A stretch of 64,000 nt of DNA from Patescibacteria group bacterium (GCA_018823885.1 JAHJHG010000006.1:10752-74751); one strand, 5' to 3'; positions 17,666 through 27,513 are shown, counted from the first letter of the stretch. Program-made: numbers and translations. Notes: a model not told the origin generated them from the letters alone.

Positions 17666-20443
17666 TTAATACTCAAGAGAAGAATACTCTTTTGAAACCC
17701 AGCCTAATGTTCCATCATTCAGCTCTATCTGGTACCAATCAGCTTTTTCGTCTATGAGAGCAAAAGATTCACCCGGTTCAACTTTGGCAATCTCTATTCC
17801 GCCGGGGGCCTTTCTCACTCTTAACCAGCCTGTAGGAGTATCTTCAATCATCACCGTGCCTCCAATGGGGTCAGTTAGGCTTTCAAACTCTTCCTCTCCT
17901 AACGAATCTTCTTCAAAAGGTACCCCTTCTACAACAAATTCTAAATAAACCCAGCCTTCTGTGTAATCGCCCTCTTTCTCGTTCACAAAGGCAATGTTCG
18001 CCCAATCTCCTTCCTCCCCTATCCTAACCACTTCTTGAGTTACCTTAAGGCGCATGATCACCGCAGAAGTTAATGACGGCTCTTCTCTGATGTTGACCGA
18101 AGAACCGACCGGTACTTCTACCATCACAATATCCTCTCCCCCAGTCGCATCTTCTTCAAGCTCTTCTTCCTCAAGGTCAATTACTTCAGCTTCCTCCTGC
18201 TCACCCAAAACAAACTCCGATTCGTCTATGGTTTCGGCCACTTGCTGAGAAACAATTTTGGCGGTGATCACCTTGCTGGTAATAAAAGCGGTCAGGGCGG
18301 CAATCCCGGCACCAAACAGAATGAATAAAACAGCCAGTCTAATGGCAACCTGCTTTCTAATACGTCTTCTGGCTTCACCATTTGTCTTCTTTGTCTTTGT
18401 TTTCATCTTCATGGGTTGTGTCTTCTTCTTATTGCTCTTGGCCATCTCCTTGTCTCTAAGAGTCTTCATGTAGACTGCCAGGAAAATAAATCCGCCGGCA
18501 ACGATAACAATCATTCCCCAAACGGCCAGTGTTTGGGTACTGCCGACAAAACCAAAGAGGGTGCCGATAGAACCTGCTTCAGTGACCAATTCTTGAAGTT
18601 TGTCCATCTTGGTGTTGACAGCATCAAGTTCGATTTCGGCCTCACGGTAAGCTCTAATCTTTTGTTCGGGAGTAATAGCCGTCTTCTGAAGTTCAATAAT
18701 TTTGTCTAAAGAAACATCAATATCGCTTTTAAGAGTCACTCCTTGAGCGAAGTAGGATGTCTTCTCAAGTGGTCTGGAAAGTTCTTCTGCTTGTTTGCGT
18801 AAACTTTCTACCTGTTCTTCCGTAATTACCCAAATATCGTTTACCTGAATTGATACCGTTTTTGTTTGTCCGGCTCCTAATGTAAACTCACCTTCTACGT
18901 AATATTGATCTTGCTCTGCATCATATTTAACTGTTAAATCATCATCTGTTGAAATAATATCTTCCTCTCTCACTTCGGGAGGCAAATAGTATTTTAACGG
19001 AACAGTTTGGCTAATTAAGCTGGAAGGGTTTGTTATTAATGACTTAAAAACAATGCTTCCCAATTCAAGCCAGGTGCTGGCAATGGTTGAGCCCGCCTTT
19101 TTGGCCAAAAATGTTTCGTTTGCTTGAATTAATCCCTTTAAGCTCAATAATTTGTTCTTGAGGATCTTTTCGTCCGAAGTATCTTTGTAAGTCGAAGCGC
19201 CTAAAACTTTTTCTATCCTCGGCAATCTGTTGATGGCAATTATCTTGTTGTATAAGGTATTGATTTTAGAAACTCGATCATTGGCTCTTGTTGAATTCCA
19301 TTTTGCCAATACATTATCAATATCACCTTTTCGAGTTTCAAAAATATCAGCTAAGTCTCTAACCTCTTTTATCTTCCCGAACAATGTCCTTTGGTTTGAA
19401 GAATCTGCAGCATCCCCAACCAATGTCTCAAGTCTATCGATATTACCTACCAGGCCTTTTATTTCATTGTAGGCAAAATTGGTTTTACCATAAGAACCAA
19501 GCCTGTATTGAGTGGCTGAAAGAACATTGCCAATGGCGATTGCCTGATTATAAACATCCTCGGTTGCTTTCCACCCCCAAGCTTCCTTTAGCCAATTTAT
19601 TTGTCCAAAAATGGTGTCTTTGTTGTCTGAATCCCCCTCATCTCCCAACATTGCCGAAAGCTCCATGACATTCGAAAGAAGCTCTCTTTCGCTTAGTTTT
19701 GACCACTTCGTAACCAATAAGCTTGCCTTACTTCTCAAATATTGATTGTTTACATAGAGTGTGTTGGCAACTGATTTTGTTTGCTCAAGCTTCTCCCCCA
19801 AATCAGGGGTTTCTTCTTCTTCAATGAAATTTTGAATGATTGGTTCGTTAACCAGCCGCTCAAGCAAAAGCCTGTTTTCATTAATTGTTGCTTCCATACT
19901 GGAAATATCTATTGCATCTTCGTCCCCTGCATTAAGACTGGTCAAGGATCGTGAGGCGTTTGACCATATATTAGAAATCAAATCACCAAAATTGGAAAGA
20001 GTTCTGCCTGAATATCCCCACACAGCCGATGAAATATCTCCGGTGGAGGGAGTAGTTGACGACGCTTTAACTTCGTAACTCTTGTCTAAACACAAATAAT
20101 CACCACTGGCCGTACAACAAACTTGAGCTCGATAAAGACCGGTAGTGGTTGGGGCTGTAAAAGTATGATAATACCAACCATCTGTAGCCTTGGACATTAC
20201 CTCTCCATTAAGATGAAGAGATCCATCGGGATAACGGCTAGTAATAGTACAATCAGCCGTAGTAATAGGAACATAAGAGTCATCATAAAGAAACTCTCCT
20301 ACTGTGCAACTACTGCTTACTGTGCAATCTTGAGGACTTCCTGCTGAGGCCAAAGTATTCCGGGGGAAAACAAGGGCCCCAGCAAGAGCAGAAACAGCAA
20401 TTGCCACAAACACTTGTTTTTGAACAGTTTGGGCAGTTACCAT
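17666..20443 (-). CDS. Large membrane-anchored surface protein with coiled coils and two C-terminal bacterial SH3 domains
   Basis: Signal peptide, Cys-containing Ig-like N-domain, AVW...RTL repeats, helical region, two TMs; VNIREEPS...GWV and LRVRKAPG...WYQI...GWVS. Confidence 0.75.
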   Translation of the reverse strand: MVTAQTVQKQVFVAIAVSALAGALVFPRNTLASAGSPQDCTVSSSCTVGEFLYDDSYVPITTADCTITSRYPDGSLHLNGEVMSKATDGWYYHTFTAPTTTGLYRAQVCCTASGDYLCLDKSYEVKASSTTPSTGDISSAVWGYSGRTLSNFGDLISNIWSNASRSLTSLNAGDEDAIDISSMEATINENRLLLERLVNEPIIQNFIEEEETPDLGEKLEQTKSVANTLYVNNQYLRSKASLLVTKWSKLSERELLSNVMELSAMLGDEGDSDNKDTIFGQINWLKEAWGWKATEDVYNQAIAIGNVLSATQYRLGSYGKTNFAYNEIKGLVGNIDRLETLVGDAADSSNQRTLFGKIKEVRDLADIFETRKGDIDNVLAKWNSTRANDRVSKINTLYNKIIAINRLPRIEKVLGASTYKDTSDEKILKNKLLSLKGLIQANETFLAKKAGSTIASTWLELGSIVFKSLITNPSSLISQTVPLKYYLPPEVREEDIISTDDDLTVKYDAEQDQYYVEGEFTLGAGQTKTVSIQVNDIWVITEEQVESLRKQAEELSRPLEKTSYFAQGVTLKSDIDVSLDKIIELQKTAITPEQKIRAYREAEIELDAVNTKMDKLQELVTEAGSIGTLFGFVGSTQTLAVWGMIVIVAGGFIFLAVYMKTLRDKEMAKSNKKKTQPMKMKTKTKKTNGEARRRIRKQVAIRLAVLFILFGAGIAALTAFITSKVITAKIVSQQVAETIDESEFVLGEQEEAEVIDLEEEELEEDATGGEDIVMVEVPVGSSVNIREEPSLTSAVIMRLKVTQEVVRIGEEGDWANIAFVNEKEGDYTEGWVYLEFVVEGVPFEEDSLGEEEFESLTDPIGGTVMIEDTPTGWLRVRKAPGGIEIAKVEPGESFALIDEKADWYQIELNDGTLGWVSKEYSSLEY

Positions 20444-20450
20444 ATTTTAC

Positions 20451-20597
20451 CTACACCTTCTCTTTCGCTACTCGCCGGAGTTCAGAGACAGACTCTCCTA
20501 CTCCCTTGGCAAGTTCTGGCAGCTTCTTGCCGCCAAAGAGAACAAAAAGCATCACAGCTATTACGCCTAGCTCTGTTGCTCCTATGTTATTTAACAT
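20451..20597 (-). CDS. tatA: TatA/E family protein (copy 8, not in ORF track)
   Basis: SD GGGAGGTGA; MLNNIGATELGVIAVMLFVLFGGKKLPELAKGVGESVSELRRVAKEKV; ends 7 bp upstream of the 925-aa gene. Confidence 0.9.
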   Translation of the reverse strand: MLNNIGATELGVIAVMLFVLFGGKKLPELAKGVGESVSELRRVAKEKV

Positions 20598-20627
20598 GCA
20601 GTCAATCACCTCCCTTCTAATAAGTTG

Positions 20628-20693
20628 GCTGGGTTTCCAACAGGTAAAACCAAAGTGTATTTAGTTGGGCAGGATTTTCCGTGAAAACCCAGC
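20628..20693 (-). promoter_or_regulatory. Long leader hairpin upstream of tatA copy 8
   Basis: GCTGGGTTT / AAACCCAGC outer stem with inner GGAAAATC / GGTTTT-A-CC pairing; TTGACA upstream (20725-20730). Confidence 0.5.
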
Positions 20694-20851
20694 TGTCTCC
20701 AGTATTGACTGTTATTTGATATATTGTCAAGGGGCATTTTCTATCCAATTTTTCTTATCATAATCTTATCATATTTTGTTATTCTAGCCTCAAATTTAGG
20801 AAATTATTCCAAGATTGACTCTGTGATGTGATTATGATACATTCTTGTTAC

Positions 20852-21805
20852 ATGACAATTTTGGCTTACAATTTATCTTCGAACATAAAAGACAATTTGC
20901 AAAAAATTGAAGCCCTTCGACGCCAGATATTACTTCTTCCCATTCCTCCAAAAACAGAGCTCAGACTAAAATGGGAAGCCTCTCTTCAACGAACTTATTG
21001 GTCATTAATTTTGGCAGGTAATCCTCTCAGTAAAACCGATATGGTCAAGCTCCTTTCCACTCAGAGCAAGACAAGGCTAAACCCAGAACAGAAGGAAGTG
21101 GTCAATTACAAAAAGACCCTCGATTTCATAAGAGAGAACTGGCTTATCTCCTCAAAACCCGTAAGTCTCACTACCATAAAGAAACTTTACGATCTTGCCT
21201 GCAAACCTACACTTGGTACCAATACCCGGCTCAGCTCAAATTCAAAAAAACTTCAACCCTTCATTGATTATCTGCAGGCAGGTAAGGAAAGCCCTGTCAT
21301 TCAAGCTGGTATTGCCCAGATATCAACCATTAATGCCGATGCCTTTGGTGAAGGCAACGGCTCTATTGCCAGACTGGTCCCCTATTTGTATTTATATAAG
21401 CATGGATATGATTTCCGAGGGTTGTTGGTATTGGATGAATATTTAAGAAAAGATCTTTTTTCTCTAAAAGAAGCAATTGAAAGCGTTGGCAGAAATAAAC
21501 ACTTAACTCTTTGGCTGGAATATTTCACTAATGGAATTCTCACCCAACTCCAAAGTGCATACAAGATTGCTTCTTCTGCAAAATTCCAAACAGATCTCCC
21601 GGCCGCCTTTTGGAAATTAAATGACAGACAGGTAGACATTTTAAATTCTCTTGAGCAACCGGGGGCGAAAGCTACAAATAAGAAAGTTCAAGAGAAATAT
21701 AAGGTATCTCAAATTACAGCATCTAGGGATTTATCAAAGCTTGTTAAGTTAGGGCTTCTTTTCTCCCACGGTAAAGGTCGCTCCGCTCACTATACCAAAG
21801 TATAA
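20852..21805 (+). CDS. Degenerate Fic-domain protein with C-terminal DeoR-like HTH
   Basis: DAFGEGNGSIAR replaces HPFxxGNGRxxR; VSQITASRDLSKLV...GKGRS HTH. Confidence 0.8.
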   Translation: MTILAYNLSSNIKDNLQKIEALRRQILLLPIPPKTELRLKWEASLQRTYWSLILAGNPLSKTDMVKLLSTQSKTRLNPEQKEVVNYKKTLDFIRENWLISSKPVSLTTIKKLYDLACKPTLGTNTRLSSNSKKLQPFIDYLQAGKESPVIQAGIAQISTINADAFGEGNGSIARLVPYLYLYKHGYDFRGLLVLDEYLRKDLFSLKEAIESVGRNKHLTLWLEYFTNGILTQLQSAYKIASSAKFQTDLPAAFWKLNDRQVDILNSLEQPGAKATNKKVQEKYKVSQITASRDLSKLVKLGLLFSHGKGRSAHYTKV

Positions 21806-21833
21806 GGCAATGTATAAGAAGGTATCAGTTTAG

Positions 21834-21904
21834 TGGACCCGCCGAGAATCGAACTCGGGACTCACCCATGCGAAGGGTACGGTATACCACTTACCTACGG
21901 GCCC
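21834..21904 (-). tRNA. tRNA-Ala(CGC)
   Basis: Cloverleaf GGGCCCG/CGGGTCC with G3:U70, anticodon loop TTCGCAT, TTCGA T-loop; CCA not encoded. Confidence 0.92.
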
Positions 21905-21941
21905 AAGAGATTAAATTATACCAAATCCATATCTTTCCGCT

Positions 21942-23042
21942 TTACTGAAGTACACTAAGAGGATTTAGATAGACACCGTTTCGGATAACCTCGAAATGAA
22001 GATGTATTCCCGTCGATCTACCGGTTGAACCCATTTTACCAATGGCTGTACCTCTGGCCACTGTTTGTCCGGGGACAACATAGACTTGTGATAAGTGAGC
22101 GTAAAGAGTTCTGTAACCATTGCCATGATCGATTATCACTCTGTTTCCATATCCATAACCATCAAGCCATCCGGCAGCAACAACCGTTCCCGAATCAGCC
22201 GCTAAGATACTGGGAGCGGCCCTATTAGCGATATCAATTCCTTTGTGGTACCAAACAAATCTCTGGGTGATCGAACCGCCTGCGGGCCAAACAAAGCTTC
22301 CTGAAGCCACTACCGTTCCAGCATCAGGTGTAATTTGCCTGATTCTTGGGGAAGTAGGAGCGGCGGCAGGAGGAATACCATCAGGAACCACGATTGTTTG
22401 GCCAATAGCTAATTCAAAAGTCTCATCATTGGTAAAGGAATTAAAAGGAAAATCAACAATTCCCTGAGGTGAAGTGTCATATTTTTTGGCAATCGAGTAA
22501 ACAGTATCGCCTTTGCTTACCTTGTGGGAAACGCCGACCACCGGTAAAACCTCTAATGTCTGTCCCGCTTTTATCGTATCTTTGCTGCCCAGATTATTCT
22601 GCCAACGAATTGTGTCCGCAGATATTCCGAATTTTTCAGCAATTGTACCTACTGTATCTCCTTCAAGAACTGTATATTCAATTGCTTTATCACGCATTTT
22701 CTCGGAAACCAAAGTGTTTGTGTAGGAATCTTCTGTCGCCGCAGAAAGAACGGTTGAAGTGGAAGGAATATCCCAAGGATCAACGCTTCTCCCGGGAAAC
22801 TCTTGGGCAATAATCGGGGCAATCATCATACCAACGGCCGCCAAACCGGCCATACCGGAATGCATAAGGCGCCTAGCCATCTTTCCTCTTTGCTTATAAA
22901 GAGCAGTAACAAAAACACCCTTTCCCTCTTCAAAGCGCAAGAAAGATAAATGCAAGTTCTTAATGATGTAAACAGTCAACTCTTTAAAAAAGAGTTTGAG
23001 GTCAAAAAAGAAGCTTAAAATTAAATCGTAGGTTTCTTCCAT
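21942..23042 (-). CDS. LysM-repeat M23 family peptidase
   Basis: Two LysM motifs (YTVLEGDT, HKVSKGDT); HKGID, YAHL, STGIHLHFE. Confidence 0.92.
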   Translation of the reverse strand: MEETYDLILSFFFDLKLFFKELTVYIIKNLHLSFLRFEEGKGVFVTALYKQRGKMARRLMHSGMAGLAAVGMMIAPIIAQEFPGRSVDPWDIPSTSTVLSAATEDSYTNTLVSEKMRDKAIEYTVLEGDTVGTIAEKFGISADTIRWQNNLGSKDTIKAGQTLEVLPVVGVSHKVSKGDTVYSIAKKYDTSPQGIVDFPFNSFTNDETFELAIGQTIVVPDGIPPAAAPTSPRIRQITPDAGTVVASGSFVWPAGGSITQRFVWYHKGIDIANRAAPSILAADSGTVVAAGWLDGYGYGNRVIIDHGNGYRTLYAHLSQVYVVPGQTVARGTAIGKMGSTGRSTGIHLHFEVIRNGVYLNPLSVLQ

Positions 23043-23118
23043 TTTTTGTCGGTAGAATGAAGATAACACATGGAAAAATGATGGTCAAATAAACTCGGGG
23101 AGCAAAAAAATTACCCAA

Positions 23119-24474
23119 CTACGATACCTTGAGGCTGTCAAGAAAATCTCTGTTGCTTTCCGACTTTTTTAGCCTCTCAAGAAGTGTTTCTGTTCTTTCC
23201 TCTTGGGAAACCATCTCCAACATTCGCCTAAGGGTGTGAATCAATTCCAAATCCTTCTTGCCATACAATAACTCTTCCTGTCTCGTACCAGACAGGGAGA
23301 CATCAATCGCCGGGAAAATTCTTTTGTCCGCAAGCTTTCTGACAAGATGAATTTCCATATTTCCGGTACCTTTGAATTCTTCATAAATCAGATCATCCAT
23401 TCTGGAGCCCGTCTCTACCAAACATGTCCCAAGGATGGTCAACGAACCTTTGTCTTCAATCCTCCTGGCAGCTCCAAAAAGTTTTTTGGCCGGGAAAAGA
23501 GCAACAGGGTCAAAACCTCCTGTTAGTGTTCTCCCTGATGTTGGCAAAGCCAGATTGTATGCACGAGCCATCCTGGTTATTGAATCAAGAACAACAACTA
23601 CATCTTTACCGTCTTCCACTAGTCGCCTTGCCCGTTCAAGAGCCAATTCCCCTACTCTTGTTTGTGCACCTGGAGATTCATCGAAATTGCTGGCAGCCAC
23701 TTCTCCTTTTCCACCAGTCACTTCCTCCATGTGACGAACAATGTCGGTTACTTCTTCCGGTCTTTCACCAATAAGGGCAGCCATCAAGTGGACATTTTTA
23801 CCTCCCTTGGCTTTACCTTCTTCAGGATAATTTTTAGCTATTCCCGAAAGAATATCCTTTAGAAGCCATGTTTTCCCAGCTTTTGGAGGAGACACAATCA
23901 ATCCTCTTTGACCAAACCCAATAGGAGCAATTAAATCCAAAACGCGGGTTGTCAGTATGTCTTTATCCGTACTAAGTATTATTTGTGCATCAGGATAGAC
24001 GGCGGTAAGGTCATCATAATTCGCCCTATCGATGACTTTATCAATCGGATTTCCATTAACTTCTTCCACTTTGAGAAGTCCCCAAAATCGCTCATTTTCT
24101 TTGGGACGTCGCGCTTGCCCGGTAATCAAATCCCCTACTCTCAAATTAAATCTCCTAATCTGAGAAGCGGAAATATAAATATCCTTCTCCGAAGCGGCAA
24201 ATTTTGGCCTTAGAAGTCCGGATCCTTCATTGGCAATATCCAATACTCCCTGAACATGTTCCGTGGGAAGACCTGAGTCCGGAATAGCCCTTCTATCGAC
24301 AATTAGATTTTTTGGTTCTTGTGTTTGAATATCGGTTTCTCCTTTTCCAAGAAAACCGGTCGGTTCAGATGATGTCAATGTTTTCTCTTCTTCCACAGAA
24401 TCAGCGACCTTCTTTACGTCTGAAGTTGTTGTACGAGTGGAACTAGAACTGATAGATTTTTTCGTTGCGGCCAT
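23119..24474 (-). CDS. rho: Transcription termination factor Rho
   Basis: DIYISASQIRRFNLR, PIGFGQRGLIVSPPKAGKT, DSITRMARAYN, EEFKGTGNME. Confidence 0.97.
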   Translation of the reverse strand: MAATKKSISSSSTRTTTSDVKKVADSVEEEKTLTSSEPTGFLGKGETDIQTQEPKNLIVDRRAIPDSGLPTEHVQGVLDIANEGSGLLRPKFAASEKDIYISASQIRRFNLRVGDLITGQARRPKENERFWGLLKVEEVNGNPIDKVIDRANYDDLTAVYPDAQIILSTDKDILTTRVLDLIAPIGFGQRGLIVSPPKAGKTWLLKDILSGIAKNYPEEGKAKGGKNVHLMAALIGERPEEVTDIVRHMEEVTGGKGEVAASNFDESPGAQTRVGELALERARRLVEDGKDVVVVLDSITRMARAYNLALPTSGRTLTGGFDPVALFPAKKLFGAARRIEDKGSLTILGTCLVETGSRMDDLIYEEFKGTGNMEIHLVRKLADKRIFPAIDVSLSGTRQEELLYGKKDLELIHTLRRMLEMVSQEERTETLLERLKKSESNRDFLDSLKVS

Positions 24475-24561
24475 TAAAATAAAACTCTACATTGTAAGAA
24501 AATCCGGAAGTGCCTGTCGGCTTTCGAGCTTGATTTGATCCTAATGATCCTTAAGCTAGCG

Positions 24562-27513
24562 TTATTTTAACTTTAGGCTCTTACCTTTGTCAACTGCCAA
24601 GTCTGATTTTCCCTTTTTGTTATATAACCAGATTAAACCAATTACTGAGATGGCAATACCAAAATACTCAAGATATTGCGGCCAAAAAACAAAAATTAGT
24701 CTTTGATTGCCTTCTGTTGCAAACCATCCATTGGCCCAGGAATTTACTTTTACGTGTTTTAAATAATCTCCGGAAAACCAAGGAAATACCTTATTGAAAA
24801 CATTGATATCGTCTTCCTCAAACCCAAAACCTAACCACCCCGACTCATATCCCTGACCCAAGACAATAAGTCCTTCCTTTGAGTTTGTTTTTAGGTTGTA
24901 ATAGCCGGTTCCAACCTTCTGGCTCTCAAGAATTTCTATATCATTTCCGACGTTACTATAGCTATCTGGTACAAGCTTTATGCTTTGCAATACCGATATA
25001 GGAACGGGAATGAGTTCAATTCTCTCTAAAATGTTCTCTGAAGAGACACGACCATAAGAGCGGGTTTCCAGATTAAGTGTATAACCCGAACCGTCAATGT
25101 CCTTCGGTAGAATAACAAAGGTTTCATTAAACTTGCCCTCGGGAAGTAGTTCTTCCAAATCCATCCTTTTTGTTTTTGTGTTTTGCAGATAGAACTTGAG
25201 ACTTCTTCCTTCTGTGTTTTCTCCGCTAATTCGCAATACATATCCTTGGGAATAGGAAAGGCCAGGATAACTGAAAAAGTCGCAACTTACTCCCCCATCA
25301 AAGGCTTTATAGGTAATTTTATCTCCATCATTTTCTTTCGAAACAGAACCTATCTTCTTCAAATCACAGTTATAGCCTGCATCAAACCCCCTCCTTAAGG
25401 AAAAATCTTCTTCAATTTTTTCGTCTATCGCCACACTTGTCTTCACTCGTTTCTCATTGTTAAGTTCTATCTTGACAGCACCGCTATTATCTGAGATTAC
25501 TAATTTCTTTGTACCGGAGAAATCTAGGGGCAAACTATAGAAAACAACATTATCTTCCTCAATTTCAACATCGATTCCAGCTCTTCTATCAAAATTTGCA
25601 TACGGGTATGTTAATCCTTCTTTGTCCTCAACATACACACCGTTTTCAACATATATTGCGTTCTTCTCTGAATATTTCGTGTCACCGTCTACTAGAACAT
25701 AAGACTTTGGAGTACTGAGATAATTCTTGTTCTGTCCAAAATCAGTTTCGTAAATTGAAAGAAAACCAAATTCCTGAACAATCTTTGTGTGAGAAGATTC
25801 AGTAAGCATTCTCTTAATCTCGTTTATGCGGAGAATCTCTGCTAATCCCCCGGCATTTAAGATCGATTCATCCAGTAAAAGATAGTTTACTTGATATTTT
25901 CCCAAAGTATTCTCTAAGCCTTCTAAATCATCTGAATAGAGAGCAAAGGAGGCTTCATTGTAAAAACTTTCGTTATACGGACTCCAACGGTCAAATTCCC
26001 GGTCTAGTGTGGGTTGAGTCAAGCCAAACCAGGTAAAACCAGCCCCTTGGTAACCCCAAGAGTTAAACTGCCAACCCCAAAGAGAATGGAGCGGTAATTT
26101 GGCTATCCTAGCTGTTGGATCTTTCTTGTTAAACCATTCAAAAACCTCGAAATATTCATTAGGAATTTCAACTTTCATTGAGGGGCTGATTAAATATCCT
26201 TCAAAAGCAGGCAAGGAAAAGTAAATCAGTGATGCACAAATAATGAAGAAACAACTCACACTCAACTTGATCTTTTTAAGCTTTTCGAGAACAAATTGAG
26301 CAAAAAAGGAGAAGTAAGTAGCCAGTGTAAAAATTAAAAGGATTGAAATCTTGGTAAACGAAAATCTTAATCCCTCCTTGAAGAGAGCTAGATTATCTCT
26401 CAATAAATTAAAGAGTGATTCAAACGGAGGGTTTGCGTTAATCCAAAAGAAAACAGCAACTGCCAAAAGCGGCAGTAATGAAAAAGAATAGCCTGAACCA
26501 CCAAACATGGAAATAATTGAACCCGACACTGCTAACCCAAACAAAGTATATCCAACTATCTCAATACCAGGCTTATTGAGGTGGGTTTTCCATTCATCCA
26601 TCAAGTCAACGAACGTATTTTCGCCTGTATTAAACTCTCTCCAATTAAAAAGAAAGTTTTTCGACAGGGCCAAACTCTCTATATCTCCAAAGGATTTGCC
26701 TTGCAGAAACGCTTCGTCACTAAAAATACGGTGAATTCTTGAACTAGTTACTTCTTTCGAGTGGTTGACAATAAAATACAAATTTGGCAGAAGCCAAAAC
26801 GAATTCAGAAGCAGGGTAAGAAAAACAATGACTATTCCCCTCTTAAACACTCTTCTGCCTTTAATCAGTGAAAGTAAGGCAATATAAACAACCAACGCAC
26901 CTAGATAGACATAGAACAGAGTTGCCGTGTGTGCCATGCCGGCAGCAAACAGAGTTGCTAGGGAAAACCAAATGAGAAACTTTCCTTTTCCTTGCCTAAG
27001 ATACAAAACAGTTAACAAAAACAACCAAGGAAGAGCGGCAAAATGGATAGCAAACATTTCTAAGGGGACATAGAAATGCTGAAGAGTGGTCAAGTTTAGG
27101 ACATAAAAAAGAGCGGCTAAAAAAGCAGATGAACCGAGATAGTGACGCTTAGTAATAGCCAGTAAGTATTTTGAGAAATAATAAATACCTAAAGCGCCCA
27201 ACCCCAAACAGAGAAAGAAAAATACATATCTAACCGCCGAGAGAGGTAAAATCAAAGACAGCAAAAAAACAATTAAAAGTCTCGGAATTTCAGCAATATG
27301 AGCCTGAGAAGCAACCGCCCCAACTCCTTGATGCTCCTGCCAAACGCCAAAAAATGCGCGCTTAAGATAAAGGCCCAAATTGAATTCAGGATGAAGGGTG
27401 TCCCAGCCGGAAAGAATGGTTCCTGGAACATAATTTTTCCAAACCAAAACACCAGTAATCAAAATTAGAAGTACTGGGAATAGAAATTTTTGAAGATGTT
27501 TATTAAATTTCAT
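24562..27513 (-). CDS. Polytopic GT-C-like membrane protein (YfhO/glycosylation-type) with large extracellular domain
   Basis: GWDT first-loop motif, about 12 TMs, C-terminal VNSWANGW plus TM. Confidence 0.65.
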   Translation of the reverse strand: MKFNKHLQKFLFPVLLILITGVLVWKNYVPGTILSGWDTLHPEFNLGLYLKRAFFGVWQEHQGVGAVASQAHIAEIPRLLIVFLLSLILPLSAVRYVFFFLCLGLGALGIYYFSKYLLAITKRHYLGSSAFLAALFYVLNLTTLQHFYVPLEMFAIHFAALPWLFLLTVLYLRQGKGKFLIWFSLATLFAAGMAHTATLFYVYLGALVVYIALLSLIKGRRVFKRGIVIVFLTLLLNSFWLLPNLYFIVNHSKEVTSSRIHRIFSDEAFLQGKSFGDIESLALSKNFLFNWREFNTGENTFVDLMDEWKTHLNKPGIEIVGYTLFGLAVSGSIISMFGGSGYSFSLLPLLAVAVFFWINANPPFESLFNLLRDNLALFKEGLRFSFTKISILLIFTLATYFSFFAQFVLEKLKKIKLSVSCFFIICASLIYFSLPAFEGYLISPSMKVEIPNEYFEVFEWFNKKDPTARIAKLPLHSLWGWQFNSWGYQGAGFTWFGLTQPTLDREFDRWSPYNESFYNEASFALYSDDLEGLENTLGKYQVNYLLLDESILNAGGLAEILRINEIKRMLTESSHTKIVQEFGFLSIYETDFGQNKNYLSTPKSYVLVDGDTKYSEKNAIYVENGVYVEDKEGLTYPYANFDRRAGIDVEIEEDNVVFYSLPLDFSGTKKLVISDNSGAVKIELNNEKRVKTSVAIDEKIEEDFSLRRGFDAGYNCDLKKIGSVSKENDGDKITYKAFDGGVSCDFFSYPGLSYSQGYVLRISGENTEGRSLKFYLQNTKTKRMDLEELLPEGKFNETFVILPKDIDGSGYTLNLETRSYGRVSSENILERIELIPVPISVLQSIKLVPDSYSNVGNDIEILESQKVGTGYYNLKTNSKEGLIVLGQGYESGWLGFGFEEDDINVFNKVFPWFSGDYLKHVKVNSWANGWFATEGNQRLIFVFWPQYLEYFGIAISVIGLIWLYNKKGKSDLAVDKGKSLKLK

